A stretch of 61,989 bases of DNA from an uncultured Gammaproteobacteria bacterium (GTDB lineage Bacteria; Patescibacteriota; Microgenomatia; UBA10105; UBA927). The notes under the pieces are model-generated. The model was not told the origin of the DNA, made no database searches, and was given only the letters and a program-made list of their open reading frames with translations. Where the stretch lies: NCBI GenBank assembly GCA_964573695.1, contig CAZNKB010000007.1:1-61989 (forward strand), read 5' to 3'. A program made the translations under genes and the position numbers. Shown one piece after another: positions 9,410 to 19,104 of the stretch (position 1 is its first letter; every line of letters begins with the position of its first letter).

Positions 9410-10772
9410 GAGTTCTTTCAGAGATAACGCAGGTGCCGTCTATACCCATGGGGGTAGAATTTTCCGTTCGGTAACTAAATACGGCAAGGATGATTATCAG
9501 TATTTCGTTTCCTCAGGACTCAAACAAGAATTGTTACGCAATAACTGCCTTATTCCTTTCAAAGAGACATCCCGCGTAGTAATCCCCGAAGCCTGGAAAA
9601 CACTTGATGTCGACACTATTCCTTTTGTTTCCTATCCCTATGAATGGTCGTTTGACATGTATAAAGAAGTCGCCAAACTTCTTCTCACTATTCAGCTTAT
9701 TGCCCTTTCCAAAAATATGATCCTCAAAGACGCGAGCGCCTACAACATGCAAATCTATCAAGGTAAACCCATTCTTATAGACTTACTCTCTTTTGAAAAA
9801 TATACGGAAGGACAGCCTTGGAACGCATACGGGCAATTTTGCCGACACTTCCTTGCACCGCTAGCACTCATGTCAAAGACCGACATACGACTGGGATCAC
9901 TCCAGCAAATATGGATAGACGGCATCCCTCTTGATCTTGCACACAAATTGCTCCCCTGGCGAACGAAACTCGACCCCGCACTTGCTGTCCACCTGCATAT
10001 ACATGGATATCTGTACAACAGGTACGACAGAAACGAGGCGGTGCTACAAAACCTCGGATCTAGAAAAGTAAGTAAACAAACGCTTATTCATTTAGCCATG
10101 AACCTACGGGACGTTATTGACCGCCTTGATGCTCCGACGACAAAATCTCGGTGGTCCGACTATATACACACACATCAGTATTCCCGTAACGCTTTTCTAT
10201 TGAAACAAAGAACTGTCAGGAATATTTGTAAGTCAGCAAAACCCAAACTCACCCTCGACGTGGGAGCCAACATAGGTACGATTAGCGATATCGCAGCGGA
10301 GCATTCCAATTTCGTCGTCGCAGTGGACAATGACCCCTTGGCAACTCAAATTCACTATCAGTCAATCCGCGACTCTGGAAAACGGAATATTCTTCCGCTT
10401 ACGATCGACGTCACGAATCCATCTCCTTCCATAGGCTGGAACAACGACGAACGGAGTAGTTTTTTTACCCGTGGCAGATATGATCTCGTTATCGCTCTCG
10501 CTCTTATGCATCACCTCGTCATCGGAAACAATATACCTCTTGTGCGTCTTGCCGAACTGTTCGCGCGAATATCAGCTCGACTCCTGATTGAATTTATCCC
10601 GAAGTCAGATCCCAATGTTACTGCGCTGCTTCACCACCGAAGAGATATTTTTACTTCTTATTCATCCGAAGAATTTGAAAAGAAATTTAAATCATATTTT
10701 GACCTACAATCAGTGATCCCTGTGCCGGGTAGCGACCGACTACTGTACTATTTCGTCAACAAGAAAGTATGA
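9387..10772 (+). CDS. class I SAM-dependent methyltransferase with a large N-terminal domain
   Basis: The start was set at ATG 9387 (MTKLTHHK). The C-terminal third carries motif I (LDVGANIGTISD), VVAVDNDP and DLVIALALMHHL. Confidence 0.7.
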   Translation: MTKLTHHKSSFRDNAGAVYTHGGRIFRSVTKYGKDDYQYFVSSGLKQELLRNNCLIPFKETSRVVIPEAWKTLDVDTIPFVSYPYEWSFDMYKEVAKLLLTIQLIALSKNMILKDASAYNMQIYQGKPILIDLLSFEKYTEGQPWNAYGQFCRHFLAPLALMSKTDIRLGSLQQIWIDGIPLDLAHKLLPWRTKLDPALAVHLHIHGYLYNRYDRNEAVLQNLGSRKVSKQTLIHLAMNLRDVIDRLDAPTTKSRWSDYIHTHQYSRNAFLLKQRTVRNICKSAKPKLTLDVGANIGTISDIAAEHSNFVVAVDNDPLATQIHYQSIRDSGKRNILPLTIDVTNPSPSIGWNNDERSSFFTRGRYDLVIALALMHHLVIGNNIPLVRLAELFARISARLLIEFIPKSDPNVTALLHHRRDIFTSYSSEEFEKKFKSYFDLQSVIPVPGSDRLLYYFVNKKV

Positions 10773-10776
10773 TCCC

Positions 10777-12864
10777 ATGAAAAAAACTATCCTCACGCTG
10801 TATTCGAAAATTTTCTTGCTCTCGAGCATTTGTACTGTAGTAAGCACCGCTTTGATTGATGCCGAATTTAGAGCTTCGGAGCTGCTATTCATGCTCATCA
10901 CTATAACGGTCTACTCCGCACTCGCGACAATCGGGTGCATATGTCTCTCTTGGGTCATTCACAACCTACAAAAAGGAAAGACTAATCCCCTCGCCGCTCT
11001 TTTTGTGATTCTCGATATTGTCATATTATGGAGCTTCATGCGTGTAATATTTTTCCCGTCTGATTTTGGACCACTCAATGGAGCCGAATGGATGCGAAAG
11101 TTTACACAAATACAGTACCAGCAGGATTACCTGAAACTTTTTTTGGCGCTGCTTGTGAGCATACTGGCCTATCTCGTGACGGTAAAAACGCGTGTCAACA
11201 GCTCGAAAATAATAGCAATTGCCGCATTTGGTATATGCGTTTCACTGATTGGAGGGAGATACTACTCCGACCGAGGAAAACAGCCGGTGAAACGGGAAAT
11301 ATCGGATTGGAACGTTTTAGGAAAATCAAAAAATATCATAGTAATTATCGCTGACGGCATGCAGGGATCTATCGCTGATTCGGTACTGTCTCAAGATGAG
11401 ACGTTACGCGCAAAATTTTCGGATTTCACCTTATATAATCGCGCTATTTCCCCACACGTATTTACAGAATTCGGTGTACCGGCCATTTTGTCCGGTTCGA
11501 CGCTCAAGTGGACCAAAGAAACAGACAAAACGTCGGTACTTAAAGATTCGAAGGCAAATAATTTTTCGTTGGAAGCAAAACGAAAAAACTTCCGTACGCA
11601 CGAGTTCATGTATTCGAGCGATCTCACGTTTAATTCCGATGTGCAGTATTCACTCGCTTCTTTTTCGTACAAGGATCGGATCCTCTATTACACAAAAGTC
11701 GGAATGATACGGATCCTTCCGCTACAATTGTTGAAAAATATTTTCTCAACCGGTTCTGACAATTCCGTCTTTTCCGACAAAAAAACGGACGCTCTGAATT
11801 TTATTCGTGCGTTTACCCAAAAAATATCTATAGGGACGTTCGACAATTCGATGATTATTCACCACTCTATGCTGCCGCATCCGCCGATTCATTTTACGAT
11901 ACATGGAGACAAAACCTTACCGAGAGACGACGTCTCGTACCAGGAAATTGCGGACGAGACTCATTTCTCTCTTCATACGTATGCGGATTTTTTCGACCGC
12001 CTAAAAACAAAAGGCGTATGGAATTCGTCACTTATCATACTAGTTGCTGACCACGGCTCACACTATCAACCCAAAGAAGATCCCTTTTCGACTCTTCACG
12101 GCACCAGTTACTATTCGGTAGGATCCTACAACCCAGTTATATTGATAAAAAGGCCATATCAATCAGGACCTCTTTCGGTCAACGATTCGCTTATCGCCAC
12201 AACCGACGTCAGAAGTATCATCTCTCGCTACCTAAACTCAGAGAATTGGCAAGCCCCTCTTACACTATCAGGATCTCCGAGGCGGACAGTATGGGCCACA
12301 ACAATATCCCAACAAGACAATTATGTACAGTATACATCTCTCGAGAATTATCAGAAAATCTCTGGCGTAACGAGCCTCGATTCTTTGTTCAAAAAATTTA
12401 CAGATGAACTCGAGCCACATCCAAAGCAGTTCGCGCGAACTCAACTATCGTCATACAATCGAATCGACACGCAACATACAATTGGACTATTTGGCGTTCC
12501 TTTATTCTATAACGATGGCATATGGATACATGAAACGCCAATATTTTTGTTTGCAAAATACAACCAAGCCACTCCGGGCGATCTCGTACTTTCACTTGAC
12601 ATGTATGGCCTCACGTACGACGATCCGCACCAGTCTCAAACGATGTCCGTACGGGTAAATAACTCGCACGTAGCAACCTTAAACGTATCCCAAAGGAACG
12701 AGTACACCGTTATCCTCCCAAAACAAATCCTGAACGACAACACTAAACAACTTAAAATTGAGCTTACCCCGCTCAATGCAATCACCCCAAGGGATAGCGA
12801 TAATTGGGATCCGGGTACGAAGCTAAGTGTCTACCTCTACGGGTATACACTCAGCAGCAGATGA
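10777..12864 (+). CDS. membrane-anchored sulfatase-like enzyme (alkaline-phosphatase superfamily, LtaS/phosphoethanolamine-transferase-like)
   Basis: 695 aa with about 5 N-terminal TM helices followed by IIVIIADGMQGS and LIILVADHGSH motifs. Confidence 0.65.
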   Translation: MKKTILTLYSKIFLLSSICTVVSTALIDAEFRASELLFMLITITVYSALATIGCICLSWVIHNLQKGKTNPLAALFVILDIVILWSFMRVIFFPSDFGPLNGAEWMRKFTQIQYQQDYLKLFLALLVSILAYLVTVKTRVNSSKIIAIAAFGICVSLIGGRYYSDRGKQPVKREISDWNVLGKSKNIIVIIADGMQGSIADSVLSQDETLRAKFSDFTLYNRAISPHVFTEFGVPAILSGSTLKWTKETDKTSVLKDSKANNFSLEAKRKNFRTHEFMYSSDLTFNSDVQYSLASFSYKDRILYYTKVGMIRILPLQLLKNIFSTGSDNSVFSDKKTDALNFIRAFTQKISIGTFDNSMIIHHSMLPHPPIHFTIHGDKTLPRDDVSYQEIADETHFSLHTYADFFDRLKTKGVWNSSLIILVADHGSHYQPKEDPFSTLHGTSYYSVGSYNPVILIKRPYQSGPLSVNDSLIATTDVRSIISRYLNSENWQAPLTLSGSPRRTVWATTISQQDNYVQYTSLENYQKISGVTSLDSLFKKFTDELEPHPKQFARTQLSSYNRIDTQHTIGLFGVPLFYNDGIWIHETPIFLFAKYNQATPGDLVLSLDMYGLTYDDPHQSQTMSVRVNNSHVATLNVSQRNEYTVILPKQILNDNTKQLKIELTPLNAITPRDSDNWDPGTKLSVYLYGYTLSSR

Positions 12865-12928
12865 CACCAAGTCACTTATAATGCCGACCCCTGGCAAAAA
12901 AAGCTAGCGACGGCTGTTATGAATCGCC

Positions 12929-13720
12929 TCACAAAATTTTGAATGCCTCTATTTTTCGCTTTCGTTCCGCCGTGGTAAGAGGACTTGCTATTCCCGGACC
13001 ACTGATGCAGCCTCCGTCGCAAAAAAGAATATCGAGCAGCCGAATCGTTGGATTTGCGGCAAACTCTGCCAGAGCCGACTCACAATTTTTCCATCCTGAT
13101 ACCACGCGGATTTCATCTTCACGTAGAATAGTCCTCAGTCCGCTTGATTCGGTCAGACCTCCGTCAGTCGGGTACATTCGGGTACGCGGCTCTTCTATGT
13201 CAAATTTTTCCTGGGCATCACGCGCTTCTGTGACAACACCAAATATTTGGAATAATGACTCCAACTCGACAAACGTTATCACCACAATCTTTAAGTCTCC
13301 CTGATCTTCTTTTGCTTCCATTTTCTTGGCAAAGCACGGACCGATAAAAACCGGCCGGTATCCCGGATATCTGTCCCGCAATATCCTTGCGGTTGCTGCC
13401 ATGGGAGAATCAATATTGGTTGTCACGTACTGCAACAATTTAGGATATTTTTTCCGGACTAACCGGACGAAACTCGGACACGGACTCGTAATATAACGCG
13501 CCTGGGGACTCTCTTTAAACGCCCTATATAACGTTTCGTTTGTCTTTGTGGCCCCCACTGCCACCTCGACAACAGCGGCAAATCCCAATCTTCGGAGTCT
13601 TCCGATGATCTGCGGATAAGCATACATAATCGGAAATGACGGGGCCACCATGGCCACGGCCGGTTGTTTCTGTCGCAATAGGTTGGTGAGGAATTCTATT
13701 TCAAGCATGCTCGTTACCAT
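12929..13720 (-). CDS. [FeFe]-hydrogenase large-subunit C-terminal (H-cluster) domain-like protein
   Basis: 263 aa. Motifs aligned to the hydrogenase L1/L2/L3 are TSPCPSF, GPCFAKKMEA and FCDGGCISGPG. There are no F-cluster or small-subunit regions. Confidence 0.65.
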   Translation of the reverse strand: MVTSMLEIEFLTNLLRQKQPAVAMVAPSFPIMYAYPQIIGRLRRLGFAAVVEVAVGATKTNETLYRAFKESPQARYITSPCPSFVRLVRKKYPKLLQYVTTNIDSPMAATARILRDRYPGYRPVFIGPCFAKKMEAKEDQGDLKIVVITFVELESLFQIFGVVTEARDAQEKFDIEEPRTRMYPTDGGLTESSGLRTILREDEIRVVSGWKNCESALAEFAANPTIRLLDILFCDGGCISGPGIASPLTTAERKRKIEAFKIL

Positions 13721-14225
13721 ACATTCGGAGCAACCACATCGCCATAAAGCCGCCAGTCACCGCGGTGACAAGCTGCACAATTCCCATACCGGAGATAAAT
13801 ATACGAGGCACAATATGTAATCCGACGAATAAGGCGGCCACAAGAAACAACACGGCAGACTTAAGCGCAGACGCTGCCAGTATACATATAGGAAAACCAT
13901 ACCGTTTCCACGTCGCAATCACGCGGACAAATAGCAAATTTGCAATCCAGATAAACGGAAGAAAGTAAAAAAGAAAAGGCGTGAACGTGCCAAAAAGCAA
14001 TCCGTTTCCGATCGCCCCAATACTCGGCATCGCACACATGATAACGCTATGCTTCCTGCGAGTTCTCACAGCATACAAAACAAGCAACATATTCACCAGT
14101 GAACCGGTTATAATTTGCGGCCCGGAAATAAAAAGGGGTACCGCAAACCCTACAAGTGGCAGGATCGTCTCAATGGATAGCTTCCGTAGAATTGGCAACG
14201 TCGCTGTTTCGCCTGTATAGCTCAT
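13701..14225 (-). CDS. membrane protein (5-6 TM), coupled to the hydrogenase-like gene
   Basis: 174-aa hydrophobic ORF that overlaps the downstream gene by 20 nt. Confidence 0.6.
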   Translation of the reverse strand: MSYTGETATLPILRKLSIETILPLVGFAVPLFISGPQIITGSLVNMLLVLYAVRTRRKHSVIMCAMPSIGAIGNGLLFGTFTPFLFYFLPFIWIANLLFVRVIATWKRYGFPICILAASALKSAVLFLVAALFVGLHIVPRIFISGMGIVQLVTAVTGGFMAMWLLRMYGNEHA

Positions 14226-14279
14226 ATTATTTGAGTGTAGGCGAATACGACCTATTCTTCTGTGAGGTACCTTACTTTG

Positions 14280-14738
14280 CTAGTGCCAACCTTTTGTTTG
14301 CTGCGTAGGAAATTTTTGTTCCTGTAATGCACGTATGACACGCTCCCCCACGATAATATCGTGTCGGGTCTGTTCGCTCATGTTGTGTTTAGTCAATTTT
14401 GACAAAGAAATCCATCGCGCTTGCTGTTTATCGGTGATATGCTCAGGCAACACCTCGGCTACTTCTATGTAGAAGATGAAGTGCGCACCGAATTTTTCGT
14501 GGACATAATCGTAAACCGGCCGGATAGAAGACGCGTCAACGGATTTTCCCAGCGCCTCCTCCACACACTGCTTAAATACTAATTGCGGATTACTTCCGTT
14601 GTGGCTTTTACCACGGAAAAGGACAAACTTTATTTCATCGCCGTGGGTTTGTTGCTGCAAGAGAATTTGTTGTGAGGCCGAATGATAAAAAAATCCGCTT
14701 GCATAAAATGGTTTATGCACGTTCTTACTATAGCACAC
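14280..14738 (-). CDS. NUDIX-fold protein with a degenerate Nudix box
   Basis: 152 aa. GKSHNGSNPQLVFKQCVEEALG aligns to GX5EX7REUXEEXGU but lacks the first Glu and the RE pair. Confidence 0.4.
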   Translation of the reverse strand: MCYSKNVHKPFYASGFFYHSASQQILLQQQTHGDEIKFVLFRGKSHNGSNPQLVFKQCVEEALGKSVDASSIRPVYDYVHEKFGAHFIFYIEVAEVLPEHITDKQQARWISLSKLTKHNMSEQTRHDIIVGERVIRALQEQKFPTQQTKGWH

Positions 14739-14755
14739 TTGGACCGTAATTACGA

Positions 14756-15184
14756 CTACCTTCCTAATCCGATCACTATAGCGCCACTCACCATGAGAAG
14801 GCCGCCCAGAATTGTTGTGACGCTCACCTTTTCTTTTAAGAATACGGCTGCCAATATGATCGTCATCACCAGGCTTAGTTTATCTATCGGTGCCACCTGA
14901 GATGCTTTTCCCATTTGAAGAGCACGGAAATAAAACAGCCAGGATAATCCCGTCGTGATACCGGAAAGTATCAAAAAATAAAAGGAAAATTTAGAAACTC
15001 CACCAAGCTGCTTCATCGTCCCCTGATACCATACGATACCCCATGCAAATATCAGAATAACGACCGTCCGGATAGCGGTCGCTAAATTAGAATCCACCTG
15101 CCGTATACCAACTTTTGCTAGTATTGCAGTAAGCGCTGCGAATAAAGCGGACAGCAGTGCGAAATGGATCCAGGTCATACTCAT
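14756..15184 (-). CDS. EamA-domain (DMT superfamily) small transporter
   Basis: 142 aa, 4-5 TM. The single-EamA-type pattern is present (LLSALFAALTAILAK...GIR, LSW..YF.AL). Confidence 0.7.
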   Translation of the reverse strand: MSMTWIHFALLSALFAALTAILAKVGIRQVDSNLATAIRTVVILIFAWGIVWYQGTMKQLGGVSKFSFYFLILSGITTGLSWLFYFRALQMGKASQVAPIDKLSLVMTIILAAVFLKEKVSVTTILGGLLMVSGAIVIGLGR

Positions 15185-15257
15185 TCAAGTATACCCGAAA
15201 TAACGGGCGCATATCACACGTATTCATACCGGCCGGACACATCAGCGCTGTCGGAAA

Positions 15258-16673
15258 TTATTTTTGCTTCCTCATCGTGAGGGTAACTGTGGTTCCCTCT
15301 CCTTGTTTGCTCTTGAGAAAAATTCCGACACCCCACATGTCTGCTATACGGCGGACAAGAGACAATCCTACTCCATGACCTGACGATGCATTTGTGCCTC
15401 GAAACCGCCGGTCAAATATATGAGCGCTGACCTCCTGCGACATACCGATTCCATTATCGGATATGGTTATACGCAACTCCTGTTTCGTCGATTTTGCGTT
15501 AACCATAATCGCCCCGTCCGAACGCGAGTACTTTATTGCGTTATTTATAATATTGCCCAATAACGACTTTGCAATCGGCGGCGGCATAGAAAGCAACTCC
15601 TGACTTCCTACTTCTATCGTCACCCGTATATTTTTTTTGAGAATTCCTTCATCATTATCCCTAAAAATCTGACGAATGACCTCCAGCGCATTCGTCTCCG
15701 TCATTCCCTTCTTATCCGCCTCATATAATCGTGACACGGACATCAGTCCGTCGATCGTACTGCTCACCCCAAGCAAATCATCCTGAATGGAAAGCAACGC
15801 GTGCTTACCGGAAGGAGACATCGTCTTATCTTTTACCACCATGACATCCACCGCGGTTATGGCTCTCGTGAGAGGCGTACGCAACTCGTGAGCGACGTTA
15901 CCGATAAACTCCTTATGACGGGCAAATATGGCGGCTAGCGACGAAAGCAACCTATTGATAACGGACGACAATAGTACATACTCCGGTGATGCGTCAGGTA
16001 CTGCAGGAACATGATCCGGAAATACACCCTCAGGAATCCTTCGAACCGCATGACTGAGACGCTCGAGTGGAGAGAGTGCCCGCCGGACAATCCATAGTGA
16101 CAAAAAAACACTCAGGAGTATGGACAAAGGGATAAGTGCAAGCATGATAAGAGACGAGCTGCTCAGTATGTCCGACAGGGACCGTTCATCCCGTGCCACC
16201 TGTAAAAAGGCAATTATTTTTCCTGATGATTCCAGGGGAAATGTATAGGTTTCAAACTGCTCGTTGGTAGAAAGCGTGAGATGAGAAAATCCGCGAAATG
16301 ACGTGCCTATGGCCTCACGAATACCCCCGACGCTACGCGCGTCTTCTCCCTCGGAGATAAACGTCCGATATATACCAAAAACATTTATAGCCGTTCCCTC
16401 AGGGCTTACAACAAGCGCGGAAATTCCGCGCTTACGAAGCCTGTCTGTAACGGTGTTACCTTCAGCGTCCTGTGTGTACGTCAGCTGGTTTTCTCGTATC
16501 ACAAATTGTGTGCGTACCAAATCAAGCCCCTCGCGAGTCAGATACCCACGAACATCGCGCTCAGTAAGCGCATATGATAACCAGGCGAAAACGACGGAGG
16601 TAAGGATCTGGACAATTGCAAACCCCACGCTAAGCCCAATAACGGTTTGCTGCCGAAGCGTCAGTCGTCGCAT
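15258..16673 (-). CDS. sensor histidine kinase (2 TM, HAMP-like, HisKA, HATPase_c)
   Basis: H-box is NVAHELRTPLT. N, G1 and G2 boxes are NNAIKY, DNGIGM and GHGVGLS. Confidence 0.9.
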   Translation of the reverse strand: MRRLTLRQQTVIGLSVGFAIVQILTSVVFAWLSYALTERDVRGYLTREGLDLVRTQFVIRENQLTYTQDAEGNTVTDRLRKRGISALVVSPEGTAINVFGIYRTFISEGEDARSVGGIREAIGTSFRGFSHLTLSTNEQFETYTFPLESSGKIIAFLQVARDERSLSDILSSSSLIMLALIPLSILLSVFLSLWIVRRALSPLERLSHAVRRIPEGVFPDHVPAVPDASPEYVLLSSVINRLLSSLAAIFARHKEFIGNVAHELRTPLTRAITAVDVMVVKDKTMSPSGKHALLSIQDDLLGVSSTIDGLMSVSRLYEADKKGMTETNALEVIRQIFRDNDEGILKKNIRVTIEVGSQELLSMPPPIAKSLLGNIINNAIKYSRSDGAIMVNAKSTKQELRITISDNGIGMSQEVSAHIFDRRFRGTNASSGHGVGLSLVRRIADMWGVGIFLKSKQGEGTTVTLTMRKQK

Positions 16674-17335
16674 ACCATATACCCTTTGCCTTTCACGGTA
16701 CGGATAACTTTTTTTCTGAATGGATCATCTATTTTCTTCCGAAGATAACGGACGTGCACGTCCACAGTCTGGGATAATTCATCCGTGCGCTCGTTCCAGA
16801 CATGCTCAAGCAAATCTATGCGCTCCATGGCTACACCTTTGTTCCGTGCGAGATACTCAAACAACGCATATTCCTTGGGGGCAAGCGGGATATGTTTTCC
16901 CTGTCGTGTAACGGTTCGGCTATTTGTGTCTATCGCGATATCACCGACCGATAGAACGGGAGGCACGGTAAATGGTGAGGTCCGTCGCAGTAACGCGCGA
17001 ATACGCGCGTCCAGTTCTGAAAACCGGAAAGGTTTTACCAAATAATCGTCTGCTCCGGAATTTAGTCCTTCCACGATGTCATCCGCCTGACCACGGGCAG
17101 TAAGTAACAGAATGAGGGCGGGATTATTTTCGCTACGAATTGTTTTGACGAGCGTCATTCCATCGCCGTCCGGCAAGCCACGATCAATGATGACGAGATC
17201 ATAATTCGTGTCGGCAAGCTTCGTATAACCGGTGGCCATATCGGTCACGCAGTCAACTCCATATCCCAACGTTGTCAGGAGGGTCTCAAGATTAGCGGCA
17301 ATTTTTTGCTCATCTTCTACCAATAAAATCCGCAT
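16661..17335 (-). CDS. OmpR-family response regulator
   Basis: The start is at MRILLVEDE (17335). It has a receiver domain (DLVIIDRGLPDGDG) and a winged-helix output domain (LT.KEYALFEYL, RTVKGKGY). It overlaps the kinase start by 13 nt. Confidence 0.9.
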   Translation of the reverse strand: MRILLVEDEQKIAANLETLLTTLGYGVDCVTDMATGYTKLADTNYDLVIIDRGLPDGDGMTLVKTIRSENNPALILLLTARGQADDIVEGLNSGADDYLVKPFRFSELDARIRALLRRTSPFTVPPVLSVGDIAIDTNSRTVTRQGKHIPLAPKEYALFEYLARNKGVAMERIDLLEHVWNERTDELSQTVDVHVRYLRKKIDDPFRKKVIRTVKGKGYMVCDD

Positions 17336-17343
17336 ACCTGTCC

Positions 17344-17808
17344 TTAATTCACGATGTACGGAGACATTTTTCGCAGCGTCCCCATAGAATGCTGCGAATC
17401 GAACACCCCTGTCATTTCCGCTCCGCACGTAAATATGTCTCCGCCACTATGAAACGATCGGAACTCGGTCACATTATACCGTGTTCCGTGTACGGTGATT
17501 ATACACTGCTGGCTTTCGGCGGGAGCAGGAGGATCCGGAACCGACGTTGGCTCTACGGCAACGACCTGTTGTTGTGTGGGCTCGATACCAACCGGGTCAC
17601 TGACTATAGCGGGCGTATCATTGGCACTGACCCTCATAGGAGCCGCGCGCGTGACCTTTTTCGGTGTCGGTGACACCGAAGGACTCACGAGAGGAGCTAC
17701 GGAGCTCTCTGCTTTCTGAGTCCAGAGCTCAATACCTGCGACTGCCCCCGACAAAAGCATAAATTGCACCACAAACAACATAACGCCATACTTAATAAAA
17801 TATTTCAT
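17344..17808 (-). CDS. membrane-anchored cytochrome b5-like heme-binding domain protein
   Basis: N-terminal TM helix, a Pro/Ser-rich linker, then ITVHGTRYNVTEFRSFHSGGD...GVFDSQHS. That matches the b5 pattern with both axial His positions (HPGG-like HSGG, and F..xH). Confidence 0.65.
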   Translation of the reverse strand: MKYFIKYGVMLFVVQFMLLSGAVAGIELWTQKAESSVAPLVSPSVSPTPKKVTRAAPMRVSANDTPAIVSDPVGIEPTQQQVVAVEPTSVPDPPAPAESQQCIITVHGTRYNVTEFRSFHSGGDIFTCGAEMTGVFDSQHSMGTLRKMSPYIVN

Positions 17809-19100
17809 GCAAAAGAAAAATTCTCATAATGTATACGCGCCTGACGCACCCCCCGTAGCATAAATTGATTTCGCAAACCCAGCATCATTTGTTCCGGTCC
17901 GCAGAGCAAAATATTCGACCCGGCTATTTCCGGTGCGGTTTTTGTGACGCTATCTGCCGTGACTCTCCCTTCGGCCTGGGTTACGTGAAGTCGGTAACAA
18001 ACCGTGGCATTACAAAGTGCAAGAGAAAGTATTTCCTCATGATAAATCGCCTCAGATGTCGTCCTGACGGAATAGATAATCGTAAAAGGATGCGCTGCTT
18101 GGCTCTTCACGTGCTGCTTAAGAAGCGCGAGAAATGGTGTTATGCCGATACCTCCCGCTATACAGATGACCGGCCTCGCCTTCTGGACAAAATACGGCTC
18201 AGCCAATGTTCCGTAGGGCCCCTGTACATATGCGACACTCCCCTTTTTTACGTCCCGGAGTTTGAGCGTATGATCTCCGGATATTTTTATTCCGAACCGC
18301 AGTTCTTCGTCAGACGGATGAGAAACAATGCTAAACGGGTGACCATCTCCTTTTTCGAAAATTCCCGGTACGGACAAAAACGCGAACTGGCCGGGTGTGT
18401 GGTGTAAACGCCTCCCTATCGCTTTGAGTCGCATATCGAACATATCCCCGATCCGTCGTATAGAGGTCACTTCGTAAGGATACCGAAACTTGAAATAAGG
18501 ATACATAAAACGCATATATAACGCCGCCAATATGGCGATCCCGGCGCTGCCCAAGATCCATATGCGAAGCGGCATAAACCGCGATACGTCACTCTCGATA
18601 AGCATTGCATGGACGCCGGAAAGGATCATGACGGTTCCCATGTACTGATGCATTCCACGCCAAAGATGATACGGCAATTTCACATAGAGCGTAAAAATCA
18701 CAAGCACCACAAGCACACTTAGTCCCAATATGCCCGCAGCGTAGGCAACGTTATCCGGATCCAAAACAATATACCGCAGTGCCAATTGCGCGTTTGGAAG
18801 AGCCTGTAAAATAAAAAAGATCGGATGCGAAATCGCCATCATGGTACCGACTCCCCCAACGATATGATGCGCTTCATAAGATTTGTCCAACCCGCCGAAC
18901 AGGCGCTCTACAAATTTTGTTCGGACGGCAAGTACGTGTGCTATCGACAAAAGCACGAGACCCAATAATCCGGTAAGCTGTCCCAAAGAAAACCACGGAC
19001 GACCGTATAAAGCGGACAAATCGCTTTTTGAAGCGATGAATAGGTTCGTTGTGACAAAAAGCGCCGCGATTATTCCCCACCACCCTGTCATTCGTTTCAT
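17805..19100 (-). CDS. ferric-reductase-like transmembrane oxidoreductase (FRE/NOX-type: 6-TM heme domain plus FAD plus NAD(P)H domains)
   Basis: The start was set at ATG 19100, 4 nt after the upstream stop. Paired His residues sit in TM helices (EAHHIVGG/AISHP, GMHQYMG/SGVHAM). HPFSIVS is the FAD motif, and GGIGITPF and LLCGPEQM are NAD(P)H motifs. The stop overlaps the next start (ATGA). Confidence 0.8.
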   Translation of the reverse strand: MKRMTGWWGIIAALFVTTNLFIASKSDLSALYGRPWFSLGQLTGLLGLVLLSIAHVLAVRTKFVERLFGGLDKSYEAHHIVGGVGTMMAISHPIFFILQALPNAQLALRYIVLDPDNVAYAAGILGLSVLVVLVIFTLYVKLPYHLWRGMHQYMGTVMILSGVHAMLIESDVSRFMPLRIWILGSAGIAILAALYMRFMYPYFKFRYPYEVTSIRRIGDMFDMRLKAIGRRLHHTPGQFAFLSVPGIFEKGDGHPFSIVSHPSDEELRFGIKISGDHTLKLRDVKKGSVAYVQGPYGTLAEPYFVQKARPVICIAGGIGITPFLALLKQHVKSQAAHPFTIIYSVRTTSEAIYHEEILSLALCNATVCYRLHVTQAEGRVTADSVTKTAPEIAGSNILLCGPEQMMLGLRNQFMLRGVRQARIHYENFSFA

Positions 19101-19104
19101 ATGA

